A DNA stretch of 64,000 nucleotides from an uncultured Klebsiella sp. GTDB taxonomy: Bacteria > Chloroflexota > Chloroflexia > Chloroflexales > Roseiflexaceae. This document shows positions 36,592 to 45,379 of the stretch, piece after piece (position 1 is the first letter of the stretch; each line of letters opens with the position of its first letter). The stretch is from the NCBI GenBank assembly GCA_964469045.1, contig CAYXXK010000009.1, forward strand, positions 5,012 to 69,011, written 5' to 3'. Both the position numbers and the translations under genes were made by a program. The notes beneath the pieces were generated by a model. The model saw only the letters and a list, made by a program, of their open reading frames with translations. It did not search any database and was not told where the DNA came from.

Positions 36592-39500
36592 CGCTGGACA
36601 ACAACCGCAACCACCCGTTGATTGTTGGTGGTACTCGTATCAAGCCATGGCTGATTTGCGCGGTCATTTGCACTCCGTACAACGACCGTTACCGATGCAG
36701 TGCCAAGCGAACTCCCAGATATCAACGGAAGTGTGATTACTGATGTGGTATTTGCATTAATCGGGCCAGCAACGACACGCACCAATGGTGTAGCTAGCGT
36801 GAGTGCAATTCTTTTGGGCATACCATCATCAACAAATCTACCACTTGCAGCTGATACCCAGTATTGTCCATCAACGCTGACCTGCATCCGATAGTCACTG
36901 ATATTGCCGTTACTCCCTGCGCCTCGTGGCGTGTAAATAACACTGCCAAGTGCATACCAATTCCCCATATCAATGGTCAACATGTGTGGATGTGCCGATA
37001 CCGCACCACAATAATCCGTGTGCCAATATGTTGCCGTATCGCCATCAAATGCGTTTCGTGCCGGCGCAGATTCACAACTTGTCTCTTGGCTACTTACCTG
37101 TATGGCACGCCACGCACTCTTCGGAATAGCCATTCCCTGAGGGTTGAAGGCGGTCAATTCTGCGACTGCCGTCCATGGCCCATCATTGCCTGCTTCACCG
37201 TCGGCGATTAATCGCATATACCGGTAGCCACTCCGCCATCCTTGACTGTTCGTAGGCATGCGAAACGTACGTGGAAGCGTAGCCTCAATGATGACATTAG
37301 AAACAGCATCAGCGCCAACGTTACGTATCGTCAATGGAATGTCAACGCGCGCATTGCGTCGTGTACTAATCGTGGTTGCTGCAGTCACCGCAACATCAGC
37401 AGTATATGGCGACAGAAACTTCGCCTCAAGTGGGCGAGCTGACTCATACACATACCCGCCTCCGGCCGGAATCTCCCACGCAACCGATGCGTGTGACGTA
37501 CTACTTGCATTTTGGTGCAACAATTCGATGTAATACCGTTGTCCGGCCCTGAGATATATGGATGCGGAGCGTTGGCGACTATCAACAAAGTTCGTAAACC
37601 CACGAAAACTCGTAGCGCTCGTCAAGTCAATAATCGTCACCGAATCGGTTACACGAGCAGACGTACTCAGGCGTAAGCGCGCACTATCATCGCCGGCCAG
37701 CCAAAACCGATAATTACCGCTCACTGGCGGGTGGAGGTACGCTCGTAATCGTTGACCAACAGACGTAGACGTCGTAGATGCCAACTCAAATGTCCCTGTG
37801 CGGATTGTTTGTGTAGTCGGATAGCGCGGGTAATTTGAATGACTCGTCAAACTAGCAATTGTGCTTCCTGCTACTGCATTCCACCGTTCATACAGCACTC
37901 GTCCAGATCCCTGCGTAGCATGGCGTGATTGCGTACCATCAATCAACCATGGACCTGCAATGGCCCGCTGTGCAGTACATGCCGTGATTGTTGCACTAGT
38001 CAGACTAAAGCTCCACTTTTGAAAATGGGGAGCGATATTGGTTTTTGTCACACCACACAACGTTTGCACAAAATAGTTGATTTTTTTAGCATCTGTATCA
38101 AGCGCATCATACGCACTCTGGCTCATATCTCGGTAATGGCGAATCATCTGGGTATACATACCCCAGTTAAGTGTTGGATGTGCGATGCGTACCTGCTCAA
38201 ACAAGGTCAACTGATCAAATGGATCTGCATCTTGCCATTTGTTGGTGATAGACGTGTTATTTAGACGTGCCTGTGCGCGTTTGTAGACATCATCCAACAT
38301 CAACCGCGATGTACCGTGGAGTTTTTCTTCGACATAGAGCGACCACCAGTTGACACTGACTTCGCCACCCATGACATCGGCCCACGCGCCCATCTGGTAG
38401 TTATGACCGATTTCATGCCACACTCCCCACCCTTCAGCACGGCGTGACACATCTGCAGGATCAACCAGCGACCATGCCGTATAGACCATGACCGGAAATC
38501 CATTATGGCCCCAACCAGCACTTATTTGTATATCTTCGGCGATACGTTGCTTGCCTTGTGGTGCAGTATGGGGACGCGCAGCGGTTGGGGATAACCCAGC
38601 CAGCTCATTAATTTTGGTCGATACAGCATCATAATGCGTTGTTAGCTCAACCATTTCAGCATATGTGCGCGTGCGAATTTCGCTTGACGGCGCATGAATA
38701 ACCAACAAATCACTCTCTATTTCGGCAAACGGTACATCCAAATCTCGCCGGGCCAACCACTGTTCTTCTGTAGTCACTCCACGCTTAAAGTACGGTGCTT
38801 GGACAGCATCAGCAATGGTTACCGTAATCGTCGTATTTCGGCTCTGATCCGACCGCAACAGAATAGGGCCACCATACGGTGTGCGGACGTAGTTCACTCC
38901 AGGCTCCAGCTTTACCGTCATGGCAATACGAGGATTACGGCGAAATATGCCGTCACCGACGACATTACCACTATCAGGATAGAGCTCATCAGTATGGACA
39001 CCAAGCTGGGCATACACCTGCGCCATATCAGCACTCGTTGCACCCGACACGGTTATCGTAATAATTTCACTCGGAGCCGCATACAACCCAGTGCTCATCC
39101 AATTTTGTGGCGGCACGTTCATGCGCAGATACCCATGATCACGAAACGCAAGATCAAACACAAACGATTGACTGACGCGATCGGTTTCGCCGACGAGGCC
39201 AGGGAAAATTTCGGGATTACGCACAGCCGACGTCGGAATACTGAATGGCGGTTGTATTCGTGCAACACGATCACGCACTGCATCAAGCGCATAGGCCGAC
39301 GTATCACTCACCACCATTGGATAGGATATCGTTGTTGCGGCGTTGGTCGTCAATGTCGCCAAATCATCAGCGTACCAATAAAACTGTTGATTGTAGCCAT
39401 CATGATTTGGATAGAGCACTAATCGCTTGACATCAACATATACATCAAGTGCAAGATTGGTGGATTGCAAGCGATAGCCATTCACAAAATCAGGGTTTGG

Positions 39501-39842
39501 CTCGGTTTCAATGACATTTGCACCACCATCGCTACAGTCAGCCATATGCAGATCCCAGCTCCATGCAGTAATCTGGGCAATACACAAACTCGCATCGGCA
39601 CGATGTGACCATTGGCCGCTGGCATTCACCGTCCAATACTGCGTATCGAGGCCACGGCACGTGTCAAGGGTAATCTCGCCACCAAGCGACGATCCAGTGA
39701 TACAGAAGCCCGGCAGTGCTCGACTATAGATCATATCGCCACTGCCCGAAGCATGCGTCGATGGCGCTGTCAAAGGCATCCACAAAAGCATCATAACGAA
39801 TACAAGCACAGCCATACGTCGATACCATACATCACGATACAT
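36588..39842 (-). CDS. secreted M60-like (enhancin-type) zinc metallopeptidase with ricin-type lectin, PA14-like and F5/8 type C (discoidin) domains
   Basis: Signal peptide; beta-trefoil QxW motifs (TQYW, QQFYW); HEIGHNYQ zincin motif; PA14-like GNYRFWLAGDDSARLRLS; discoidin-like NAFDGDTATYWHTDY. Start set at 39842 (AGGTGG RBS) to avoid overlap with the upstream gene. Confidence 0.8.
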   Translation of the reverse strand: MYRDVWYRRMAVLVFVMMLLWMPLTAPSTHASGSGDMIYSRALPGFCITGSSLGGEITLDTCRGLDTQYWTVNASGQWSHRADASLCIAQITAWSWDLHMADCSDGGANVIETEPNPDFVNGYRLQSTNLALDVYVDVKRLVLYPNHDGYNQQFYWYADDLATLTTNAATTISYPMVVSDTSAYALDAVRDRVARIQPPFSIPTSAVRNPEIFPGLVGETDRVSQSFVFDLAFRDHGYLRMNVPPQNWMSTGLYAAPSEIITITVSGATSADMAQVYAQLGVHTDELYPDSGNVVGDGIFRRNPRIAMTVKLEPGVNYVRTPYGGPILLRSDQSRNTTITVTIADAVQAPYFKRGVTTEEQWLARRDLDVPFAEIESDLLVIHAPSSEIRTRTYAEMVELTTHYDAVSTKINELAGLSPTAARPHTAPQGKQRIAEDIQISAGWGHNGFPVMVYTAWSLVDPADVSRRAEGWGVWHEIGHNYQMGAWADVMGGEVSVNWWSLYVEEKLHGTSRLMLDDVYKRAQARLNNTSITNKWQDADPFDQLTLFEQVRIAHPTLNWGMYTQMIRHYRDMSQSAYDALDTDAKKINYFVQTLCGVTKTNIAPHFQKWSFSLTSATITACTAQRAIAGPWLIDGTQSRHATQGSGRVLYERWNAVAGSTIASLTSHSNYPRYPTTQTIRTGTFELASTTSTSVGQRLRAYLHPPVSGNYRFWLAGDDSARLRLSTSARVTDSVTIIDLTSATSFRGFTNFVDSRQRSASIYLRAGQRYYIELLHQNASSTSHASVAWEIPAGGGYVYESARPLEAKFLSPYTADVAVTAATTISTRRNARVDIPLTIRNVGADAVSNVIIEATLPRTFRMPTNSQGWRSGYRYMRLIADGEAGNDGPWTAVAELTAFNPQGMAIPKSAWRAIQVSSQETSCESAPARNAFDGDTATYWHTDYCGAVSAHPHMLTIDMGNWYALGSVIYTPRGAGSNGNISDYRMQVSVDGQYWVSAASGRFVDDGMPKRIALTLATPLVRVVAGPINANTTSVITLPLISGSSLGTASVTVVVRSANDRANQPWLDTSTTNNQRVVAVVVQR

Positions 39843-39864
39843 AGACCACCTGTTACATTTTTGT

Positions 39865-40980
39865 TTATTGCATGCGTGCAAGCAACTCAAACACGATGGG
39901 TTGCATACGCTCAATGCCCCACATCAACCACCCGCTGTACCACAACCATCCCACCGAGCCAAACAAAAGAACAACGACGATACCACGCCGCGATCGACGA
40001 GGCATAGTCACTACAGTTGCATCGTGAAGTGTATCAACCCGCTCATGCAAGCGATTGATTTCAATGCGCATATCTGCCGTAATTTGTTGCTGTGCGGCCA
40101 ACACACGATGCACTTTTTCTAGGGTAAGAAGCGTTTGCGTATCAGGACCTTTGGGGACAGGCAAGGCGGCAATATAGTGTTGCAGTTGATCGATCCGCTC
40201 TTCAAGCATACGCCGACCATCCACAACGGCTTCTGCGGTACCACTGACAAGCAGCAGTTGATCCTGCCGTAATTGGCTCACCTGCAGTTGCAACGTCTCT
40301 AGATGCCGTTGAGTTTGCTGTGTCTCTTGTTGATGTGTCGAAATACTCGCCTCTATGTCGAGAATCTGTTGTGCATATTGCGTGTACTGCTCCTTTTGAC
40401 GTACTGCATCTGCATGTTGTTGCTGTGCCTGTTGGATTGCTGTCAGCTGAGACGCATATTCAAGGCTTTGGGCACGAGCATACACGAGTTGGAGTTGAAT
40501 GCGTCGCTCTGCTGACTGATAGTGTTCCGGCAAAAGTGCCACCATCTGCATCATACGCGCAATCGAATCAATAATCATGGCGCCCGTCAATTGCCCCTGA
40601 TGATTCAACGCATTGCGCCGTAGTCGAATCAAACGCAACTCTTTCAATGGCGGTACAAACGCCGGTCGCACATCGACTTGCGCGGATCCGTTCGGCGCAA
40701 ACAGTACCGATGCATACCCAGTACGACCAGTATGCAACCCGCCATCGTGTGTCATCAGGTGAATAAGCGCCAAAAAATCAGGCCGTGGTTGACCATCAAC
40801 AAAATCCACATAAATCGCCGTGCGCTCACGCTTCGCTAGGCTATGCAAATGACTACTAAGTCGCTCGCCAAAATGCGCACGCATATGATCAAGTACATAC
40901 GGCGCATAGGCCGTCTGAAACAATTCGATTGCCTGTGCCATATACAATCGTTGGAGGGGCACTTCGGTAGCATGAACCAT
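39865..40980 (-). CDS. Swt1-like HEPN domain protein with long Gln-rich coiled coil and a C-terminal TM anchor
   Basis: N-terminal helical domain ending LKELRLIRLRRNALNHQ (Rx4H at 40600-40617); about 170 aa of heptad-like Q/L-rich sequence; C-terminal hydrophobic helix GIVVVLLFGSVGWLWYSGWLMWG. ATG at 40980 has GGAGG upstream. Confidence 0.65.
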   Translation of the reverse strand: MVHATEVPLQRLYMAQAIELFQTAYAPYVLDHMRAHFGERLSSHLHSLAKRERTAIYVDFVDGQPRPDFLALIHLMTHDGGLHTGRTGYASVLFAPNGSAQVDVRPAFVPPLKELRLIRLRRNALNHQGQLTGAMIIDSIARMMQMVALLPEHYQSAERRIQLQLVYARAQSLEYASQLTAIQQAQQQHADAVRQKEQYTQYAQQILDIEASISTHQQETQQTQRHLETLQLQVSQLRQDQLLLVSGTAEAVVDGRRMLEERIDQLQHYIAALPVPKGPDTQTLLTLEKVHRVLAAQQQITADMRIEINRLHERVDTLHDATVVTMPRRSRRGIVVVLLFGSVGWLWYSGWLMWGIERMQPIVFELLARMQ

Positions 40981-41059
40981 TTCGTATACCTCCATTGCGC
41001 AGTATGCGTATCATAGCACGGCATCATATGCGATTGCACCTGACCATTTGAGATGCGTC

Positions 41060-41098
41060 GCTCCCTCCACGCCGTAGTGAACGACGCATGGAGGGAGC
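41060..41098 (-). other. stem-loop downstream of rmuC (no T-tract)
   Basis: 10-bp stem gctccctcca / tggagggagc, with an alternative 6-bp pairing tgcgtc / gacgca. Confidence 0.45.
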
Positions 41099-41128
41099 AA
41101 CAACACGGATAGGCGAACGCATCACACA

Positions 41129-42211
41129 TCAGTCATTGATTTGTTTAATCTGAGTGATCTCAACTTCAGGCTCAGAAGGTATCAAAACCTCGATTGACTC
41201 GGGGCGCAGTTGATTGATTTTCTCGAGTTGTGGCACCACACGCGTGTTCCACGAGCTAGCCATTGCGTTGAGCGACTTATTGAGTTTGGCCAGATTGGTG
41301 CCAATATCGTCGTAATGCCCCATAAACGTCTTGAGTCGTTTAGTAAGTTCTTTGATCGAATCAAGCAGGCTCAAGGCGTTGGCAACCTCTTGACGTTGGC
41401 GCCAGCTGAAGTTTGCGGTACGCAACAGGGCCATCAACGTACCCGGTGTGGCAATGATGATATTGCGACTCAACGCAAAATCGACAATAGAATCGACATC
41501 ACTACGCCCCTCGTCCGCAAACGCCAAACTCCCCTCTACCTGGATGTACATCACGGTAAACGGCAGACTATTATTATCTCCGTGATAATTGCGTTTCACC
41601 AAGGCCATCACATGATCTTTGATGGCTTGATACTGCTGTCGCGCCAGTTCGGTGCGAGACTTTGCGTCAGGTGCTGCAACACCCTCAACATAGGCATTCA
41701 GCGAGATTTTGGCATCGACATAGACAACCGAATTATTGGCAAATTTAATTGCCATATCGGGGCGCCCCTCAGCAGTCCCACGTTGCACATCAAAATCAAC
41801 ATACTCACTCATACCACTCAACTCCACCAGCCGGCGCAACTGCAGCTCTCCCCAACTACCCATTTGTTTGTTGTTGCGCAAGGCACTGTCGAGCTTTTGT
41901 GTCTCACGACTAATTTGCTCACTGGCAGTTACCACTTGACGAATATTCTCACCGAGCTGCCCGAGTTTTTCGGATTGCGCCACTTGCAACTCACCCATAC
42001 GTGACTCGATACGTTGCACCTCTTGGCTGATGCGCACAATCGTCTCATCTAACATGGCCTTGGTGGTTGCACTTGTTTCATCTAATACCTCAGTGGCAAT
42101 ACTTTTGGCCTGTTCTTGGCGCTTGCCGTAATACAACATGGCTGCGCCTGCTGACAATGCAGCCCCCAACATAAAGCCAATCCCATACGCAAATGTCGGT
42201 TCCACACACAT
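41129..42211 (-). CDS. rmuC: DNA recombination protein RmuC (N-terminal TM helix and coiled coil, C-terminal PD-(D/E)xK-like nuclease domain)
   Basis: MGSWGELQLRRLVELSGM...VDFDVQ...RPDMAI...VYVDAKISL...FTVMYIQVE matches the RmuC family pattern. Confidence 0.85.
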   Translation of the reverse strand: MCVEPTFAYGIGFMLGAALSAGAAMLYYGKRQEQAKSIATEVLDETSATTKAMLDETIVRISQEVQRIESRMGELQVAQSEKLGQLGENIRQVVTASEQISRETQKLDSALRNNKQMGSWGELQLRRLVELSGMSEYVDFDVQRGTAEGRPDMAIKFANNSVVYVDAKISLNAYVEGVAAPDAKSRTELARQQYQAIKDHVMALVKRNYHGDNNSLPFTVMYIQVEGSLAFADEGRSDVDSIVDFALSRNIIIATPGTLMALLRTANFSWRQRQEVANALSLLDSIKELTKRLKTFMGHYDDIGTNLAKLNKSLNAMASSWNTRVVPQLEKINQLRPESIEVLIPSEPEVEITQIKQIND

Positions 42212-42280
42212 TTCCTTTCACAATAATTACCTATTACGTCACCAAAAATATTGTAGCATATATTTTACATGTACTACATT

Positions 42281-42308
42281 AAAAAAAATAGGGGAGCTAC
42301 AGCTCCCC
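42281..42308 (-). terminator. rho-independent terminator closing the HEPN-like / zinc-ribbon-TM gene pair
   Basis: Perfect 8-bp stem ggggagct / agctcccc (42291-42308). On the minus strand it is followed by T8 (42281-42288). It sits in a region of about 27 percent GC. Confidence 0.7.
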
Positions 42309-42470
42309 TAAAAATTTCATCGCATTACAATCAATAAAATTGATGTTTATTTAAAAAAATTATATGAGCGAAAAATGATAGTTTTGTGAGTAATTTTTAG
42401 CAGTTTATTTGCACATTTCCCCGCACACATATCAAACATTTTCTATGCACACGCATAATCTATGACAGGG

Positions 42471-43010
42471 TCATTCACGTGCGTATTCCGCCAAGATGCG
42501 TGCATAATCGCGCGCACGAAATGCGGTAAGTGTGGCAAGAAGTTGGAGTGCGGTCATTAGAAATCCAACAGAAGTGAGCATTGGCCAAGTATGCACTGCT
42601 GGTGCCCAGGCCAACTGCCAGTTACGCCACAGACTTATCGTAAGCACACACGCAACGCCCAAACATGCAAGAGCACTAATAAACGCAACTACTCCCAAAA
42701 ATTGATAGAACGACGCTTGTCGCATCAACACCCGAACAGTTGGGCGCGCAATAGGATGTACCTCACCATGCACATTCGGCTGTGGACGCCTAAAGAGCGA
42801 CAGATAGTCATCATCAACGCGATCCTTGACAGGTGGGATGACTACTAACTGCTGACCACTCAATGCCGGGGCATCGTCACGGATCGCAGTAACCGGCACA
42901 TCGATGATGTGCGCATGCACTAGTGATGTATGACATGTTGCACATACGACATTCGTCAAGGCGCATACACGCTTGCAGTTAGGGCACACTTTGTGCCGAA
43001 TTTTGGGCAT
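42471..43010 (-). CDS. hypothetical zinc-ribbon protein with two C-terminal TM helices
   Basis: CPNC-x10-CATC at the N-terminus and two hydrophobic helices (FLGVVAFISALACLGVACVLTISLW; MLTSVGFLMTALQLLATLTAF). ATG at 43010 with GAGG upstream is preferred over the GTG at 43043. Confidence 0.55.
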   Translation of the reverse strand: MPKIRHKVCPNCKRVCALTNVVCATCHTSLVHAHIIDVPVTAIRDDAPALSGQQLVVIPPVKDRVDDDYLSLFRRPQPNVHGEVHPIARPTVRVLMRQASFYQFLGVVAFISALACLGVACVLTISLWRNWQLAWAPAVHTWPMLTSVGFLMTALQLLATLTAFRARDYARILAEYARE

Positions 43011-43105
43011 CAACACACCTCTGCACATACGCTCTATTGCCACATGCGCTGGTGCGCAATGACATGCCAGACACCCCTAACACAAAAAAATAGCCCATCA
43101 GTATG

Positions 43106-44161
43106 CTATACATCGGTGGTAGTAATGGTGATACCCCGTACATTCGCTTTGTCGAACATGACTTTGGTGACACGACAATACCCACGAAACACCACATCAG
43201 ATTGACCTGACACTCTTTGGAACAGTGGAACTGGCATGGTATGCTCACCAATAACGCCTTGCCAATCATCAAGCAACTTCACAGGGTTCTCAAGCATAAC
43301 CATACCCTCAGCACCTATGGCTTGTACAGGTGCCACCACATAACAAAATCGTCTATTTACCATTGGCATGTCGAAACGAATACTGCCGGCGAGGCGTTGA
43401 TATACCTCAAGCCGTGAAAGAGATGCACCACGCACAACGCCATCGAGTTGAAGCGCAATTCGTTGTGCATACAGTCCATCATCTGCATACAGTGCTCGTT
43501 CGCTCGCAAGTCGCCTCGTCATTTTGTTACGCATATTCTGCATATGTGAATACAATCGTCGCAGGAATCCCAACACACCATCGCTAAAATGTGCCGAGCG
43601 AAACATGGCATCATGAACGAGTGCATTGCGCACTTTGGTGAATTGTTCAAGCAGATGGAAGGTGTGCACATCAACATCATGACTCCACAGCAAAAAGCGA
43701 CAGATGCGCAATGCTTCGGTCACATCTCGTTTGAGTTTGTATTTTTGCTGTGGATCATTCTGGATTACTTCGTAAATTTCAGCTTCTTCGGCAGCCGTCA
43801 ATGGTTGCGTCCCATTAATCACGGCCATGCGCTGACGATACATGGCCCGCAAGCGATTTTCGATGAGAGAGCAGAGCAGCATGACGGCACCCATGCGGGC
43901 AAGCATGCTGTCAGATGCGAAGGTCAATGCATCATCCTGCATCGCGTCATCTTCTATAGTTTGTTCGGACGGAACGATTTGACGAATTTGTTTCATTGCC
44001 GATTCAAGATCAACATACACTGCGCTCGTATCAACTGTTTTGACCACGCCGATGATACGTTCAAAATCAACACTGGGTATCAGTGGGTATTTTTGTTTTG
44101 TGTGCTCATAATTTTGAAATGTAGCTTCAACAAGCTGGAAGCGTACGTGATTGTTTGACAT
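43106..44161 (-). CDS. hypothetical protein with a central HEPN-like domain (Rx4H) and an unassigned C-terminal domain
   Basis: Helical region LLCSLIENRLRAMYRQ ... LLEQFTKVRNALVHDAMF (R178-H183 encoded at 43613-43630). GAGG RBS and a TATAAT box (44191-44196) lie upstream. Confidence 0.55.
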   Translation of the reverse strand: MSNNHVRFQLVEATFQNYEHTKQKYPLIPSVDFERIIGVVKTVDTSAVYVDLESAMKQIRQIVPSEQTIEDDAMQDDALTFASDSMLARMGAVMLLCSLIENRLRAMYRQRMAVINGTQPLTAAEEAEIYEVIQNDPQQKYKLKRDVTEALRICRFLLWSHDVDVHTFHLLEQFTKVRNALVHDAMFRSAHFSDGVLGFLRRLYSHMQNMRNKMTRRLASERALYADDGLYAQRIALQLDGVVRGASLSRLEVYQRLAGSIRFDMPMVNRRFCYVVAPVQAIGAEGMVMLENPVKLLDDWQGVIGEHTMPVPLFQRVSGQSDVVFRGYCRVTKVMFDKANVRGITITTTDV

Positions 44162-44371
44162 GGCAGAACCTCATAGCATGGTACACAATCATTATACTGC
44201 CGTGTCACGTTATGGGTATGTTGAATTTGGCTGATACATGTCACACCGACACACAAGCAGTGCAATTAATCACGGGGCGGTGTATGCCATCACCTCAATG
44301 CCCATGAGTACGTCGCTCGATAGCAATAATCAAAACCTACCTGATGTGCAATACATCTCACACGTGCGATA

Positions 44372-44407
44372 GCACCACGTTCATACCAGTCGTTGTGAAC
44401 GTGGTGC
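44372..44407. other. perfect 12-bp stem-loop between the PARG operon and the HEPN-like operon
   Basis: gcaccacgttca (44372-44383) / tgaacgtggtgc (44396-44407) with a 12-nt loop. No flanking T-tract on either strand. Confidence 0.5.
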
Positions 44408-44481
44408 AACTTGACTGACAGTATGTAGTCAAAGCATAGTCACGGCAACAAGATGCAGTACAAGTCACATGCCTGTCCCCC

Positions 44482-45366
44482 CTATCCACCAAACACGCGC
44501 CCATCAAAATACCGCATAAACGCCTGATAATTCAGTGGAGGATCATACATATCAGCCACCGCAAAATCAATCGCCACAAACCGACGCATATCAACCACAT
44601 CCATCATGTCATCCATAATTTGTGCAATATCTTCGGGATTATTGCCAAATGCACCACATCCCCATGCCCCCAAAATCAAAATGTCGGCGTCGAGTGTCGT
44701 CGCCACCTGAAAGACTTTTTGAGTGCGATATTGCATGTGCAATCCTATCTCACCCACACGGTCTGGCATATACCGGTGCACAGCATTCGCGTGCACTGCT
44801 GCACTCGTAATCACATCGGCATGCCACGGCGTGTCGATGAATTGACCATCATGATGTCGAAAGAACGGTACCGTCGGCGAAACAATCACCGTGTCGTTAT
44901 AAAACGGATTCCGATGATGTGATGTATCAAAGTAGAACTCATCATCGCGCAGCGAGTGGACCAGCGTTGATGCGCGCGCCAATGACTCCTCTTGTGCCTG
45001 TGAACCATTCAACCAACCACCACCTGGCGAAACGGCACTCGCTAGATTCAAAATGGCCACGCGAAATCCTTGCATCACCCGCGCCTCAGCTACTGCCAAT
45101 GTCGTCTGGTTGTACACAAATGTGTGCACCTGTGCATGCCGAGGAGCGCTCATCATTGGCGTGACACCGGGTCGGTATACGACCTGCCCCTGCGTCGCTG
45201 CATCGCGCGCCGCCCGAATATCAACTTGAGTCCCATGCGCATTTGTGTACCAGCCGCGCGCGGTAATCGCCTGCGTCTCGCGACACATGGTGGCCGATGC
45301 ATGCCGGGGCATAATTAAGGTGTCGAGCGTCAACGTGGGGAGCATCAGTTTCTCTGGGGTTTTCAT
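44482..45366 (-). CDS. bacterial-type poly(ADP-ribose) glycohydrolase (TIGR02452 / DUF2263 macrodomain family)
   Basis: PARG signature GGG-WLNGSQA-QEE (encoded at 44986-45024), plus ILNLASA and LILGAWGCGAFGN motifs. ATG at 45366 has AAGGAG upstream. Confidence 0.85.
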   Translation of the reverse strand: MKTPEKLMLPTLTLDTLIMPRHASATMCRETQAITARGWYTNAHGTQVDIRAARDAATQGQVVYRPGVTPMMSAPRHAQVHTFVYNQTTLAVAEARVMQGFRVAILNLASAVSPGGGWLNGSQAQEESLARASTLVHSLRDDEFYFDTSHHRNPFYNDTVIVSPTVPFFRHHDGQFIDTPWHADVITSAAVHANAVHRYMPDRVGEIGLHMQYRTQKVFQVATTLDADILILGAWGCGAFGNNPEDIAQIMDDMMDVVDMRRFVAIDFAVADMYDPPLNYQAFMRYFDGRVFGG

Positions 45367-45379
45367 TGCATTTCTCCTT

